The notes beneath the pieces were generated by a model. The model was not told the DNA's origin. It saw only the letters and a list, made by a program, of their open reading frames with translations, and did no database searches. From IMG/VR virus record IMGVR_UViG_3300008107_000014, positions 32,001 through 96,000 of that record: a DNA stretch of 64,000 bases; one strand, 5' to 3'. This stretch comes from a virus. How positions within the stretch are numbered: position 1 is the first letter of the stretch; each line of letters begins with the position of its first letter. Made by a program: the position numbers and the translations under genes. Of the stretch, positions 39,444 through 49,111 are shown piece after piece.

Positions 39444-42110
39444 TTACTCAAAATCAAACAATTTTCCGAATGTGTTGTCACTGCGAGTTGAGCTGATGTC
39501 CCATTCCAAGACACCGATCAAGTTTTCTAGCTTTTCGTCGATAACTGCATTTTCCATATCAGCATCGTTAAAAGGCATGTCCTTAAACCACTGAGGTAAT
39601 CTAAGTTCATCTACAGGATACGCTACACTAGTATACCCCATTGGATTGTCTTTAATTTTACAAACAATTACTTTTGCACCGTCTGTAATATTCATTGAAT
39701 ACTTGTCATCCATCATACGCTTTAAAGTATTCCAATTCAAACTAGCACGGACATGTCCGGGCATATTTGTTTTTCCTGCTTTCTTTTCTTTGTTAGCGTA
39801 TTCTGTAATGTTGTTAGCACGTTTAGGACTACCTTTCTCCCAACCAGGTCTTGTTTTAAACTCAGTTCGAAAATTAGTAATGTATTCAAGCACATCTTCT
39901 TGGGTACCATTATTTAGGACCATAGTTAGTACTTCACTTAAAAAGTCTTGAATAACAACAGGCGTATCACTACGCTTAAGGTCTAAGCCCATGGCCTTAA
40001 TCTTACCAGGCTTGCCGTCTACGTCTGCTCGTTTGCCTTCCTTGTCATAGTAAAGTACTGCATATCGTTTCTTCGTGATGAACAGTCCGCGACTTGCAAC
40101 AATTTCACGACCAGCTTTAATAACTTCGCCACGTGACTTTGGACAATGAAATGCGTCTTGCATAAATTTAGGAAACGTATCGTTGACTTCTTCACCAATT
40201 TGATCATAGAGTTGAACAACACTTTCTTTGGTCCACGGCAATCGTCCAGCATCGATTTCTTTTCTTAATGTTGGATATGCTGTAAAGTAACATGAGTCAG
40301 TGTCACCGTAGATAATTGCTTTACCAATATGATTATTTTCACCAGTAACAATTTCGTTGACTTTTCCTGCCATATGTTGTGCAATTGCACGACCTGTTAG
40401 TGTAGTTGATTGTCCGATTCGGTTATCAAAAAATCTACAACCAGGGTTAAGAATAGCACCATACAAACTGTTAAGCAAAATCTTTTTAACTAGCTGACGT
40501 TTATCCCAGTATTCTTCTTCAATCTTATTGCCTGCTTTAATACAGTCTTTAAGTTTAGCCTGCATCTCTTTACGTTCGGCATACCAACGCTTTAGTAATC
40601 CAGGAATAATGCCTTCAATTTCGTAGGTAAAGATTGTGCCGTTGGCACTTAGCATCCAAGGTTGATTGCTGTCAAAGATTAAATCATATACCTGTGCCGC
40701 AGACAACGTATCGCTGCCTCCGTTTGCCCAATCAATGGTTAACTCACGTCCTACCTCTTTGGCCATGACACTTGTGTATTCTACTGCACCAAACATTCCT
40801 TCCCATGCAGCCGCAAAACTTTTACCTTTTGCAATCTCTGCATCGATATATGCCTTGGTTCCGTCTTGACGTAACTGTCCAATAATAGTTTCTGGACCCA
40901 TGTTCAATGCACGAATTGCTGAGGGATACAGTGAGTTAATGTCAAGTGACCCAATCCATTCGTGAATGCCCTTCTTTGGATATGCAACATACGCACCTGC
41001 CGCAGGTTCACTACCTGGCTCACGTTGTATACGGTTAGGAACAATCATTCCTCGGCGATGTGCCTCGTTAATAATAGCCTGTTCGGTTACAGCTACAGCA
41101 CCCATTGTCGTTGCCAACAGCACTGTGTTTTCATGAGCAATGGTATTTGCAAGGTCTAAGAATTTTAATTTTTTATCTAGCTTGTCTAACAGCAATGTAT
41201 CTTGCCTGTTGTATTCAATAAACTTACGGAAGTCTTCGTTATACAACTGATCTAGTGTACCTTCGTAGACTGTCTTTGTATCGCCAATTTCCATTTCTGC
41301 AATAGCATCAAGTCGATAAGTGTGACGTTCTTCATAGGTATACTTACGGTACAGTTCTAAGCTATCTAAGTGTACACGCCCAATAAAGTCATAGGTAACA
41401 GCAGCTTTACCATATTTTTCATATTCTCGTTTCTTTGGAAATTGATTCCATAGACAAAATCTGCGTGTGTCGTCTTTGCTTAGTACTTTAATGACACGAT
41501 TAACAGTGTAGGGAATATCAAAGCCTTCACTGTTCCAGCCACTTAATACATCCGCATCGTCAATTAAGTTTAAAAATGTATCGAGCATTTCTGCTTCGTT
41601 GTCAAACAAAAATGTATTAGGAAAGTCTTTAACTGATTCTTTGGCCTGCACCATTGAAATAGTCTTTGGCGGTATTGCCAAGGTGATTAAACTATCAAGC
41701 CATTGTAAGTATACTGTGATAGCTGTAATTGGCATGAATGCATCGTCTGGTGCCGCATAGCCGCGTTCTGGATCAAAGTCTACTTCGATGTCAAAGAAAC
41801 AAACGTTTAGTTTTGGAGCATCAACATTTAAATAGTTTTCTTCAAAACAACGGAATACAGGTTTAATGTCTGATTCGTATAGTTTCTTACCGCTATAAGC
41901 TCTTAGTTCTTTGTGGAGGTCTTTAAGGTTTCTGCAATTAACTCGTGTTAACGGTTCGCCGAAAATTGATTTGTGTTTTCCTCTTGAATCTTGATAATAA
42001 AAGAGGTGTTTTGCGGGGTATTCTTTATAGTGACGTTGCCCTTTTTCGTCACGCTCAACAACGTTGATAATATCATTATCGCGGTCGTAGAAAGCATCTA
42101 CGTAGCTCAT
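39444..42110 (-). CDS. Family B DNA polymerase (gp43-like)
   Basis: Exonuclease FDIEVD, GWNSEGFDIPY and YNRQD. Polymerase SLDINSLYPS, KILLNSLYG, YGDTDS and KKRY. Confidence 0.95.
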   Translation of the reverse strand: MSYVDAFYDRDNDIINVVERDEKGQRHYKEYPAKHLFYYQDSRGKHKSIFGEPLTRVNCRNLKDLHKELRAYSGKKLYESDIKPVFRCFEENYLNVDAPKLNVCFFDIEVDFDPERGYAAPDDAFMPITAITVYLQWLDSLITLAIPPKTISMVQAKESVKDFPNTFLFDNEAEMLDTFLNLIDDADVLSGWNSEGFDIPYTVNRVIKVLSKDDTRRFCLWNQFPKKREYEKYGKAAVTYDFIGRVHLDSLELYRKYTYEERHTYRLDAIAEMEIGDTKTVYEGTLDQLYNEDFRKFIEYNRQDTLLLDKLDKKLKFLDLANTIAHENTVLLATTMGAVAVTEQAIINEAHRRGMIVPNRIQREPGSEPAAGAYVAYPKKGIHEWIGSLDINSLYPSAIRALNMGPETIIGQLRQDGTKAYIDAEIAKGKSFAAAWEGMFGAVEYTSVMAKEVGRELTIDWANGGSDTLSAAQVYDLIFDSNQPWMLSANGTIFTYEIEGIIPGLLKRWYAERKEMQAKLKDCIKAGNKIEEEYWDKRQLVKKILLNSLYGAILNPGCRFFDNRIGQSTTLTGRAIAQHMAGKVNEIVTGENNHIGKAIIYGDTDSCYFTAYPTLRKEIDAGRLPWTKESVVQLYDQIGEEVNDTFPKFMQDAFHCPKSRGEVIKAGREIVASRGLFITKKRYAVLYYDKEGKRADVDGKPGKIKAMGLDLKRSDTPVVIQDFLSEVLTMVLNNGTQEDVLEYITNFRTEFKTRPGWEKGSPKRANNITEYANKEKKAGKTNMPGHVRASLNWNTLKRMMDDKYSMNITDGAKVIVCKIKDNPMGYTSVAYPVDELRLPQWFKDMPFNDADMENAVIDEKLENLIGVLEWDISSTRSDNTFGKLFDFE

Positions 42111-42122
42111 TGTATTCTCCTA

Positions 42123-42170
42123 TGTCATTTACGGCTGACAAACACCAAACATGCGGTTTATGGCCCGCAT
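42123..42170 (-). promoter_or_regulatory. Twin stem-loops (loops GCCATAAA and GCCGTAAA) directly before the DNA polymerase RBS; candidate translational operator
   Basis: Minus strand: ATGCGG-GCCATAAA-CCGCAT ... TGTCA-GCCGTAAA-TGACA-T-AGGAG. Confidence 0.6.
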
Positions 42171-42177
42171 ACCTTGC

Positions 42178-42471
42178 TTAAAAATTATTTATCATCCTTA
42201 TATAGGCAATTAAGTCTATACTGGCAATTAGTGCATAGTTAGCAATCATACCGGTGCTGCCTCTAGTCCAAGCAGCCCATGCAAATATTGTACACTGGAA
42301 CACGAATAACGGATATAGGTATATAAACGGCGGATTGGGCAATGTATATCCCATCCAGATTGTGCAACCTATACTCATTGTCCATGCCAATAGCTCTAAT
42401 GTGAATCTTAGAGGATAGCTAGCGTAATCCTCTTTGATCCAAATAATTGTCGGCTTAAGCGAATCTATCAT
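42178..42471 (-). CDS. Small membrane protein
   Basis: About three hydrophobic segments. Confidence 0.55.
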   Translation of the reverse strand: MIDSLKPTIIWIKEDYASYPLRFTLELLAWTMSIGCTIWMGYTLPNPPFIYLYPLFVFQCTIFAWAAWTRGSTGMIANYALIASIDLIAYIRMINNF

Positions 42472-42728
42472 TCAGGCAAATGCTTTGTTACACCTAGAAT
42501 CATTTCAATTTCATCCCACTCTTCTTCGTGCGCTTTCCAGTTATCCTTGTGGGCGATTCTAATTGCTTTGTTGATGATGCTTGGTTTGATTTGCAGTTCT
42601 TCTGCTACTGCTTTGACGGTTTCTTTGAGACCTTCTTGTAAATCTTCTAGTTCACGTAATACATTAGAACCCTCGTTGATTAAACGTTCTAATTTTGCTT
42701 TTTCTTCGGGACCGTACATTTTAGCCAT
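42468..42728 (-). CDS. Small dsDNA-binding protein (T4 DsbA-like)
   Basis: ..EDLQEGLKETVKAVAEELQIKPSIINKAIRIAHK.. helical pattern, with strong RBS. Confidence 0.5.
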   Translation of the reverse strand: MAKMYGPEEKAKLERLINEGSNVLRELEDLQEGLKETVKAVAEELQIKPSIINKAIRIAHKDNWKAHEEEWDEIEMILGVTKHLPE

Positions 42729-42748
42729 ATAATTCTCCTTATAAAACT

Positions 42749-42777
42749 ATTATACAGCCAACAAAAAAGCCGGTCAA
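42749..42777 (-). promoter_or_regulatory. Sigma70 promoter TTGACC-17-TATAAT (dsbA-like/DNA pol operon)
   Basis: Near-consensus hexamers with a 17-nt spacer. Confidence 0.7.
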
Positions 42778-42797
42778 CTAATTGCCGGCTTTTTGTT
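42760..42797 (-). terminator. Rho-independent terminator hairpin
   Basis: AACAAAAAAGCCGG ... CCGGCTTTTTGTT inverted repeat with T-runs, downstream of gene 42812-43732. Confidence 0.75.
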
Positions 42798-42811
42798 ACC
42801 AAAGTATTAAC

Positions 42812-43732
42812 TTACTTTGTTTCTGATAGTACGTCGAATAGTTGGAATTCGCCACCCATGCGTTCGTAAACAAATGCTGCCATTGCGTCTGCTGACACAC
42901 CTTCTTGCACTTTGCTAACTGCAACACGTTGAGCCCACTTCCATAAAGCGCCATCAACTGGATCGATCTGTTGTTGACCACCGCTTTCTTTAACTAACTG
43001 TAGGCATTGTTTGAATGAATACTTTTGTTGTACGCTTTCTTTAACTGGACGCTTCTTGCCTTTTGGCATCATTGCACTTTCGGTCTTCTTACCAAAATAC
43101 TTGGCTTGCTTATCGCTCATGCCTTTCTTTCCGTCTTTCTCTTCACCTGACTCTTCGCTATCATCAGCTTCTGTATCTTTGCCTTTACCGAGATCATTCT
43201 TACCCTTACCATCGGCTGCAAATGCTGGAACTTTCTTTCCGTTTACTGTGGTCATTGGCAAACCGCCTTCTGCCATTTTCTTTTTCTTAGCGTCTTTCTT
43301 CTTGTCAGCTTCTTCTTTCTTAGCTTCAACCATTGATTGGAACTTAGAACGTGCAGCTTTTTGAGCTGCTGTAGACTCTTCAACACCTTTCTTAGCGGCT
43401 TTCTTAGCAGCTTTTTCGTCTGCTTCGTCGCTGTCTTCTTCTTTATCTTCGTCTGAGCTACCACCGTAGGCCTTGCCTTTTACAGCAGTTCCTGTGTGTG
43501 ACTTACCGGACTTGTCTGTCCATGATTTGTCAGCTTTAGTAGCTTCTTTAACTGTTTCATCTTTAGCTTTACGTCCTTCTTCAAGGATTGAGCTAACACC
43601 TGCTAAAACTCTCATTTGAGCGTCTTCTGCAAGTACAACCTTTGGTTGTTGTGTTGATTGGCTGCTCGCTACCGCTGTCTTTTCGACTGGGTTAATAGAG
43701 TCCAATTTCTGTAGCATTTTGTGAAAGTCCAT
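42812..43732 (-). CDS. Highly charged low-complexity protein (possible head-internal/scaffold-like)
   Basis: K/E/D-rich with many hydrophobic-x-E motifs. Preceded by ATAAATA (43768-43774). Confidence 0.5.
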   Translation of the reverse strand: MDFHKMLQKLDSINPVEKTAVASSQSTQQPKVVLAEDAQMRVLAGVSSILEEGRKAKDETVKEATKADKSWTDKSGKSHTGTAVKGKAYGGSSDEDKEEDSDEADEKAAKKAAKKGVEESTAAQKAARSKFQSMVEAKKEEADKKKDAKKKKMAEGGLPMTTVNGKKVPAFAADGKGKNDLGKGKDTEADDSEESGEEKDGKKGMSDKQAKYFGKKTESAMMPKGKKRPVKESVQQKYSFKQCLQLVKESGGQQQIDPVDGALWKWAQRVAVSKVQEGVSADAMAAFVYERMGGEFQLFDVLSETK

Positions 43733-43770
43733 GTATTTCTCCGATTGTTCTTTACAGGCGTATATGTTAT

Positions 43771-44025
43771 TTATCTTTTGATAGCGTTACTGCCACCAAA
43801 TAAACTTGTATTTTGATCTAGGGCACTAACAGCAGTACCGTCTTTGTTCTTTTTTTGCTTGACTTTTGGCTGCGGAGGCGCTTTTGTGCCGGATTTACCC
43901 GGACTACCTATGTAACTGGTCTTGCCTCTTGCAGTGCCAGGGCTAATGTGCGGATTTTCAACCGTACCAATATTAGCAGTGGATGTTGTACTGGCATCTG
44001 TTTCCAAAAGTTCTCTTATTTTCAT
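43771..44025 (-). CDS. Small basic protein with MKIRELLE N-terminus
   Basis: ATG 44025 just after ATAAATA (44031-44037). Confidence 0.55.
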   Translation of the reverse strand: MKIRELLETDASTTSTANIGTVENPHISPGTARGKTSYIGSPGKSGTKAPPQPKVKQKKNKDGTAVSALDQNTSLFGGSNAIKR

Positions 44026-44029
44026 ACTA

Positions 44030-44818
44030 TTATTTATTATAATTTGAAAGGTATCTGTATAACTCTTTCTTAATCTTATTCCAAGACCCTTCCTTGCTAG
44101 TTTTAAGAAATCGCCCATAATATTCAAGAGCATTCCAAAGAACGTTTAAGTTAGGAACTTGTATGATTTTACTACCAACAACCGCATAATCTTGTCTTTG
44201 CGCCTGTTTAAGAATATTGTCAATTAATCCAATGCCCTTATCCCCCACAGCATTGTGTATGTCGTTGGCTATCTGCGCTACCCAAGCATCTCTTTCCATG
44301 TTATTCAGCATATAGATGTAATACTTGTCGCGTTCGTTGTGTGCCACAGGTGGCTGCTTTTTCCAAACATCTGTTTCGATGTCGTAAACACTATCATCGT
44401 CTGTTGCTTTTTTAATTTGACTTGTTCGCTGACTAGCGTGTGCAAATTCATGCACCATAATAGAACTTAATCTATCAATAAAATTCTTAGCAGTCTTTTC
44501 GTCTGTTGGTGCATGTGCTACATTTACTTCAACTGTAACAGTATGCTCTATTGGAATGCCGCTGATTTCGTGTTCTGCGTTAATAACAGAGTAGGCAACA
44601 TCCGGACGATCAAGCATCTTATGTTTAATTGACAGCTTGCGATCGATGTGTTGTTCTTTCCATGCTGCTAGTTCTCTACTGGCATTTAAATTCTTAAAGA
44701 ACTTGGTATACCATTCGAGGTCGTTTTTATAGTTGCCAATTTTAGCAACCGCAGTGGCAATCCATGGGCGTATCCATGATGTTTCTGTGCGTTCTTTTAG
44801 TATTTCGTATGATCTCAT
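44030..44818 (-). CDS. Zincin-like metallopeptidase-motif protein
   Basis: MVHEFAHASQ (HExxH) with downstream ERDA. N-terminus MRSYEILKE. Confidence 0.5.
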   Translation of the reverse strand: MRSYEILKERTETSWIRPWIATAVAKIGNYKNDLEWYTKFFKNLNASRELAAWKEQHIDRKLSIKHKMLDRPDVAYSVINAEHEISGIPIEHTVTVEVNVAHAPTDEKTAKNFIDRLSSIMVHEFAHASQRTSQIKKATDDDSVYDIETDVWKKQPPVAHNERDKYYIYMLNNMERDAWVAQIANDIHNAVGDKGIGLIDNILKQAQRQDYAVVGSKIIQVPNLNVLWNALEYYGRFLKTSKEGSWNKIKKELYRYLSNYNK

Positions 44819-45975
44819 TTCATTGCTACCTGGAACGCTCGTTGTTTTTCTTGTCGTTTGTCTAGATGTTTCATTCCCGGATTAATCGATTTGGTAACAT
44901 CTTTGGTGTCTTTAAAGTTATCAACCCTGGGCGCAACTCGATTTTTCCAATACCATATTGCGGTTTGGGCAGCTATTTCTGGTTTCTCAACAAGTTCGGG
45001 ATGTTTAGCCAACGGTAGCCCTAACGCTTGCCCGGCCCTTTCATAATTGTCTTTTCCAGTTAATTGAATGTAACCTCGACCTTTATATTTTTCGCCGTCG
45101 CCTACTTTGTCGTTGCCTAATTTTTTAGCTTTTTTAGGAGCATACTTAATATCGTACTTGCGAAAGTCTAGACTACCACCTAGTTCTTTAAGACTTTTAA
45201 AATCCATAGTTTCATGAGCACACTGACTTAAAAATGCCACAAGCTCATTACCAGTGATGCCTGCTCTTATTGCGGCCTTTTTAAGAAACTCTTCATGCGG
45301 ACTTCCAGTTACTGTATTAGCAGTATTGTCTTTGGGGGATTGATTAGAATTAACTTTTTGTTGAGGTTCTGTTTTTTGTTTAACATCTTGTTTCTTGGCA
45401 ACGGGCATTTCTTTAGCATTGTCTGGAACTTTAACCATCTGCCCCGGTTTTAGTTTGGTGTCTTTATTAAACTGATTTAACTGCATGACAAATTGCGGAG
45501 TTACATTATTCTGTCTAGCAATAGAATAAACAGTATCACCGGGTTCAACTAGTTGTCGAACAATATTAGCATTTGCACCTAAAGAAGCAGCTCCTAATGC
45601 AGCTCCTGCAACCCAGTCTTTCCAATCTTCTTCTATATTTTCATTTTTTGCACGACCAGCTTTCATGTTGGCCAGCCAGTGTGCCATGCGAGCTTTTTCG
45701 CCTGTGCTGTTTTTAGCAGTTTTTCTTAGATCACTAACACTGGCTTTGGTATTGACACCGCTACGTTTAGCAAGTCCTTTACGTCCGGGCTTCTTTCCAT
45801 CCGCAAAGTTTTCATGCTCGATGCTTTCGCCACTACCACCTTCACCACTATTACTAGAGTCTCCGCTATATCCAGCATAATATCCATATCCGCCGTAGGG
45901 ACCTGGCCCGTAAGCAGCCCATCGAGATTTACGTTTGCGTTTTTTTGTTTCGCTAATAAACTCGTAGGCTCTCAT
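44815..45975 (-). CDS. LysM + GH19 (chitinase/lysozyme-like) peptidoglycan hydrolase, probably virion-associated
   Basis: VEPGDTVYSIARQ..LKPGQMVKVP (LysM), FLSQCAHET, YKGRGYIQLTGKDNY and AIWYW. Confidence 0.82.
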   Translation of the reverse strand: MRAYEFISETKKRKRKSRWAAYGPGPYGGYGYYAGYSGDSSNSGEGGSGESIEHENFADGKKPGRKGLAKRSGVNTKASVSDLRKTAKNSTGEKARMAHWLANMKAGRAKNENIEEDWKDWVAGAALGAASLGANANIVRQLVEPGDTVYSIARQNNVTPQFVMQLNQFNKDTKLKPGQMVKVPDNAKEMPVAKKQDVKQKTEPQQKVNSNQSPKDNTANTVTGSPHEEFLKKAAIRAGITGNELVAFLSQCAHETMDFKSLKELGGSLDFRKYDIKYAPKKAKKLGNDKVGDGEKYKGRGYIQLTGKDNYERAGQALGLPLAKHPELVEKPEIAAQTAIWYWKNRVAPRVDNFKDTKDVTKSINPGMKHLDKRQEKQRAFQVAMK

Positions 45976-45976
45976 A

Positions 45977-46762
45977 TTAGCAATTCCAGCGACGTCTTGC
46001 TTTGCAAATTGCCTTGTCTGGAGTTTTACTACAACTAATATTGTGCATTTTCTGTTGTCCAGCGGATCTAGAACAATAGCTACTACGGCGTTTGCTGGCC
46101 TTACTACCTTTCTTTAGTTTACTAGGTTTAGTAGTAACCGCAGTTTTTAGTTTGCTACCTGGATTTTCTCTACGATAGGCATTGACAGCTTTCTTGCTCA
46201 TGCCGTCAGTTTTATCTCGCTTATTGGCTTTTTGCCAATCTTCGTTAATGGGTTCTGATGTTACAGCAAACACATATAGTTCGTCGTCTGTGAGACTTGA
46301 CAAATCTTCCCATACAAGATCAACATCAATATCATGATGATCTGCAATTTGTTCGATGATGCTTTCAATCATGTCAAACTCTTGCTGTAAGTCTTCCGCC
46401 GTACCTTGCTGACCCATGGCCGCTTTAACTCGCTGCACAACTTCATCTCTATACTCTTGGCGATTAGGAACACTTGTCCAACCATATTCAGCAAAATTAA
46501 CGATAGTCTGTGCATCTTTAGGACTTAAATTTGGAAACTCCCCTATTAAGTCTTGGGCGTTATAGTGTCCATATCTATTCCAAATGGCACTGTCATCCAT
46601 TGAGCCTTCTACCGCTACATCTTCTTTTTTAATTTTTTCGCAGTCGTTAACACGCTTGCCTTTGTTTTTACCCGTGCCAGGCTGAGTACCGGTTTTTCTA
46701 TAACCTGGCCAGCAGTTTTTAGGTCCTGCTACACCTTCTGTTAAAATTTCATAAATTTTCAT
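45977..46762 (-). CDS. Modular hypothetical protein (CWPGY..NDC module; C-terminal [16 protein letters not shown] module)
   Basis: Short modules separated by xxE motifs. N-terminus MKIYEILTE. Confidence 0.55.
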   Translation of the reverse strand: MKIYEILTEGVAGPKNCWPGYRKTGTQPGTGKNKGKRVNDCEKIKKEDVAVEGSMDDSAIWNRYGHYNAQDLIGEFPNLSPKDAQTIVNFAEYGWTSVPNRQEYRDEVVQRVKAAMGQQGTAEDLQQEFDMIESIIEQIADHHDIDVDLVWEDLSSLTDDELYVFAVTSEPINEDWQKANKRDKTDGMSKKAVNAYRRENPGSKLKTAVTTKPSKLKKGSKASKRRSSYCSRSAGQQKMHNISCSKTPDKAICKARRRWNC

Positions 46763-47085
46763 ACTGAAAAACTACTCCCACAACCACAGCTGGTCTTAGC
46801 ATTTGGATTACTAATTACAAATTGACTGCCCATTGTTTCCTCTTTGTAATCAATAGTAGCACCTTGTAGATACTGCATACTCATTGCATCTACTAGTACA
46901 TTAAAGTTTGTGTCTATTGGAAATTCAAAATCATCCTCATTCTTTTCTTCGTCAAATGTAAATCCATAGCTAAAGCCACTGCATCCACCACCTTGAACAA
47001 AGGTACGTAATGCTAGATTAGGATTATTTTCTTCCAATAATAAATCTAATATTTTAATTTTTGCTGATTCTGAAATTTCAATCAT
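46759..47085 (-). CDS. HesB/IscA/ErpA A-type Fe-S carrier
   Basis: [18 protein letters not shown] and [14 protein letters not shown]. Confidence 0.92.
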   Translation of the reverse strand: MIEISESAKIKILDLLLEENNPNLALRTFVQGGGCSGFSYGFTFDEEKNEDDFEFPIDTNFNVLVDAMSMQYLQGATIDYKEETMGSQFVISNPNAKTSCGCGSSFSV

Positions 47086-47341
47086 CTAGTTCCATCCCTC
47101 CATCTTCGATATTCTTAAGTGAGTCAATTACATAATCCCAATAATAACTACCATAAAATTCTTCGTGATCGTTGATAAAGTTTTCTAGTCCCGGATAGTG
47201 ATCTGTTAGCCTATTATAATCTTCACCGTCTTGAATGTAAGAAATAATTTCTTCTGCATCCCTTTCGGATAACCCCCAATTATTACCTTTGTTATATTCA
47301 CTAAGGTCGGGAGATTCTTTTATAATTTCAAAGATTTTCAT
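47078..47341 (-). CDS. Acidic hypothetical protein with [10 protein letters not shown]-terminus
   Basis: Intact ORF. Confidence 0.55.
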   Translation of the reverse strand: MKIFEIIKESPDLSEYNKGNNWGLSERDAEEIISYIQDGEDYNRLTDHYPGLENFINDHEEFYGSYYWDYVIDSLKNIEDGGMELDD

Positions 47342-47415
47342 ACTGGACTATATGGATTTCTAGGACGATCATAACCGTCGTCTTCCGGATATACTGGGTA
47401 ATCATTTGGATTCAT
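47338..47415 (-). CDS. 25-aa microprotein [25 protein letters not shown]
   Basis: ATGA overlaps at both ends with GGAG upstream. Fills the gap exactly. Confidence 0.45.
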   Translation of the reverse strand: MNPNDYPVYPEDDGYDRPRNPYSPV

Positions 47416-47690
47416 TTTTTCTTTTCTCCAGTCATGTACGGTAAACTAAACCACAATTTAAACCATTCTGGTGTTCCTGGTTTAATATTTAATTCTCGTT
47501 GTATACGACCGTTTTCGCTGCCGGTAACACTTATATTGCTGCCTTTTAATTCCTGTAATCTTTGTTGACTACCTAGTCCTGCTAATTCCTGTAATGCTTT
47601 AATTTCATGCACAGGATCGTCCGGAGACAGATAACAATCATCATTGCTGTCTTGATTTAAATTTGCCGTAGTGACCCGATATTGTTTCAT
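47412..47690 (-). CDS. Hypothetical protein
   Basis: ..IKPGTPEWFKLWFSLPYMTGE. Confidence 0.6.
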   Translation of the reverse strand: MKQYRVTTANLNQDSNDDCYLSPDDPVHEIKALQELAGLGSQQRLQELKGSNISVTGSENGRIQRELNIKPGTPEWFKLWFSLPYMTGEKKK

Positions 47691-48349
47691 TTTTTATTGT
47701 GTGCTTTCCAAGCAGCGCCATAGGCCTTGCTTTTTTCAACTGCTGTTAATTTTCCGTCTTTGGCATATCCTGCTTTAATATGCTTTACCATACGTTCTGC
47801 TTTAGCACCTGGTGGCGCAACTTCTTCAACGCTAACTGGCTGCTTGTGTTTTTGACCACGTACCTGCTGCACAGATTTTTTTGAATCTTTGTGTTGACCT
47901 GAACCACTAGTCTTTGCATTCTTTGCAACAAAATTTCTAGGTGTAGTAGCTGGCACAGTATTTGACTTAGTTGCCTCTCCGATACTTTCTTCTGGATAAC
48001 TACGCTCTTCAATTTCGTACTCGACGTCTCTGATTGCACTTGCAACTTCTTCTTCGATATAAAAAATTGCAGAGGTTGCTTCCCTTAGTTTCTCAGTGAT
48101 GTTTCTAACATCGTATTCCGATACACCTGCAATTTTAGCAATTTCATCTAGTCCCGATGCTTCGCTTTCGATTTCTTCAATTTGGGCATATAGTTCTCGA
48201 GTCTTAGCTTTGGTCGCAGCATATGCGGTCTCTAATTCACTTAGACGTTTTTGTAATTGTTCATCACTGAATTTCGCCCAACGACTTTCATATTTTTGTT
48301 CTTCGTTGATGGCTTTTTTTCTATTTGTAAATAACTCATTCAGTCTCAT
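47687..48349 (-). CDS. Modular hypothetical protein with MRLNELF N-terminus
   Basis: ATG 48349. Modules separated by INE, IGE and VEE. Confidence 0.55.
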   Translation of the reverse strand: MRLNELFTNRKKAINEEQKYESRWAKFSDEQLQKRLSELETAYAATKAKTRELYAQIEEIESEASGLDEIAKIAGVSEYDVRNITEKLREATSAIFYIEEEVASAIRDVEYEIEERSYPEESIGEATKSNTVPATTPRNFVAKNAKTSGSGQHKDSKKSVQQVRGQKHKQPVSVEEVAPPGAKAERMVKHIKAGYAKDGKLTAVEKSKAYGAAWKAHNKK

Positions 48350-48689
48350 GATGATAATCGCCTTTTTTAATAAACTCCGCCTGCTCTTTAGCAACAGTGT
48401 GGGCCAACTCTAATAATGCTTCGTCTGTAAAGATCTCATCTTTACTGTGAAGTAGATCGTATTCTTCGCAATATGCTTCACTGCATTTTTTTAACGGTTC
48501 GATATAGACTTTGTATACATCTTCGTCGTCAAATTGCTGTTTATGTTTTTTAACAGCCGGAAAGAATATCTTAGACAACATTTCGTCATTGTTGCTAATC
48601 CAAAATTTTAAATCATCCAAGTAGTCAACATCCGAATCAAATTTTTGATCCGCATCCTTAACTGGATAAAACAATTCCATTAGTTTCAT
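48336..48689 (-). CDS. Hypothetical protein with MKLMELF N-terminus
   Basis: Intact ORF. Confidence 0.55.
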   Translation of the reverse strand: MKLMELFYPVKDADQKFDSDVDYLDDLKFWISNNDEMLSKIFFPAVKKHKQQFDDEDVYKVYIEPLKKCSEAYCEEYDLLHSKDEIFTDEALLELAHTVAKEQAEFIKKGDYHHETE

Positions 48690-49111
48690 AATGAGTCCTG
48701 GTTATCTTTTGATTTCATGTAATCACGGGCGGTGTCTAGATAATCAACAGCCATGGTAATCTTTGATTGAACCCATTCTGGAAGATTTTCGTCAGCATCT
48801 AAAATACTACGTAATTCTGCTGCGGCAGCTTCTGCGGTGGTAAGTTGACCCTTGGCCATTCCTGCTTCATCATCATATTCTGATGAGTCATCAAACGCTT
48901 CTTTTACAGATAGGCCGTTTTCTTTGGCTTCTTTGTTAAGATCAGCAAGACGCTGCATAATAGCTTGTTTAATGGTAGGATCGTCGGACGCTGGGTCCGT
49001 TTGGAGGTCTTGTAATGCCTTGCGTTTAGCGGCATAGTCCTCGGCTGGGTTATTAGGATTCAATGCTGTTTCGAACATTGTAACCTGTAATTTTATAATA
49101 ATATCGCGCAT
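48686..49111 (-). CDS. Hypothetical protein (EYDDEAGMA..LPEWVQSKIT module)
   Basis: First gene after ATAAATA (49136-49142). Confidence 0.55.
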   Translation of the reverse strand: MRDIIIKLQVTMFETALNPNNPAEDYAAKRKALQDLQTDPASDDPTIKQAIMQRLADLNKEAKENGLSVKEAFDDSSEYDDEAGMAKGQLTTAEAAAAELRSILDADENLPEWVQSKITMAVDYLDTARDYMKSKDNQDSL

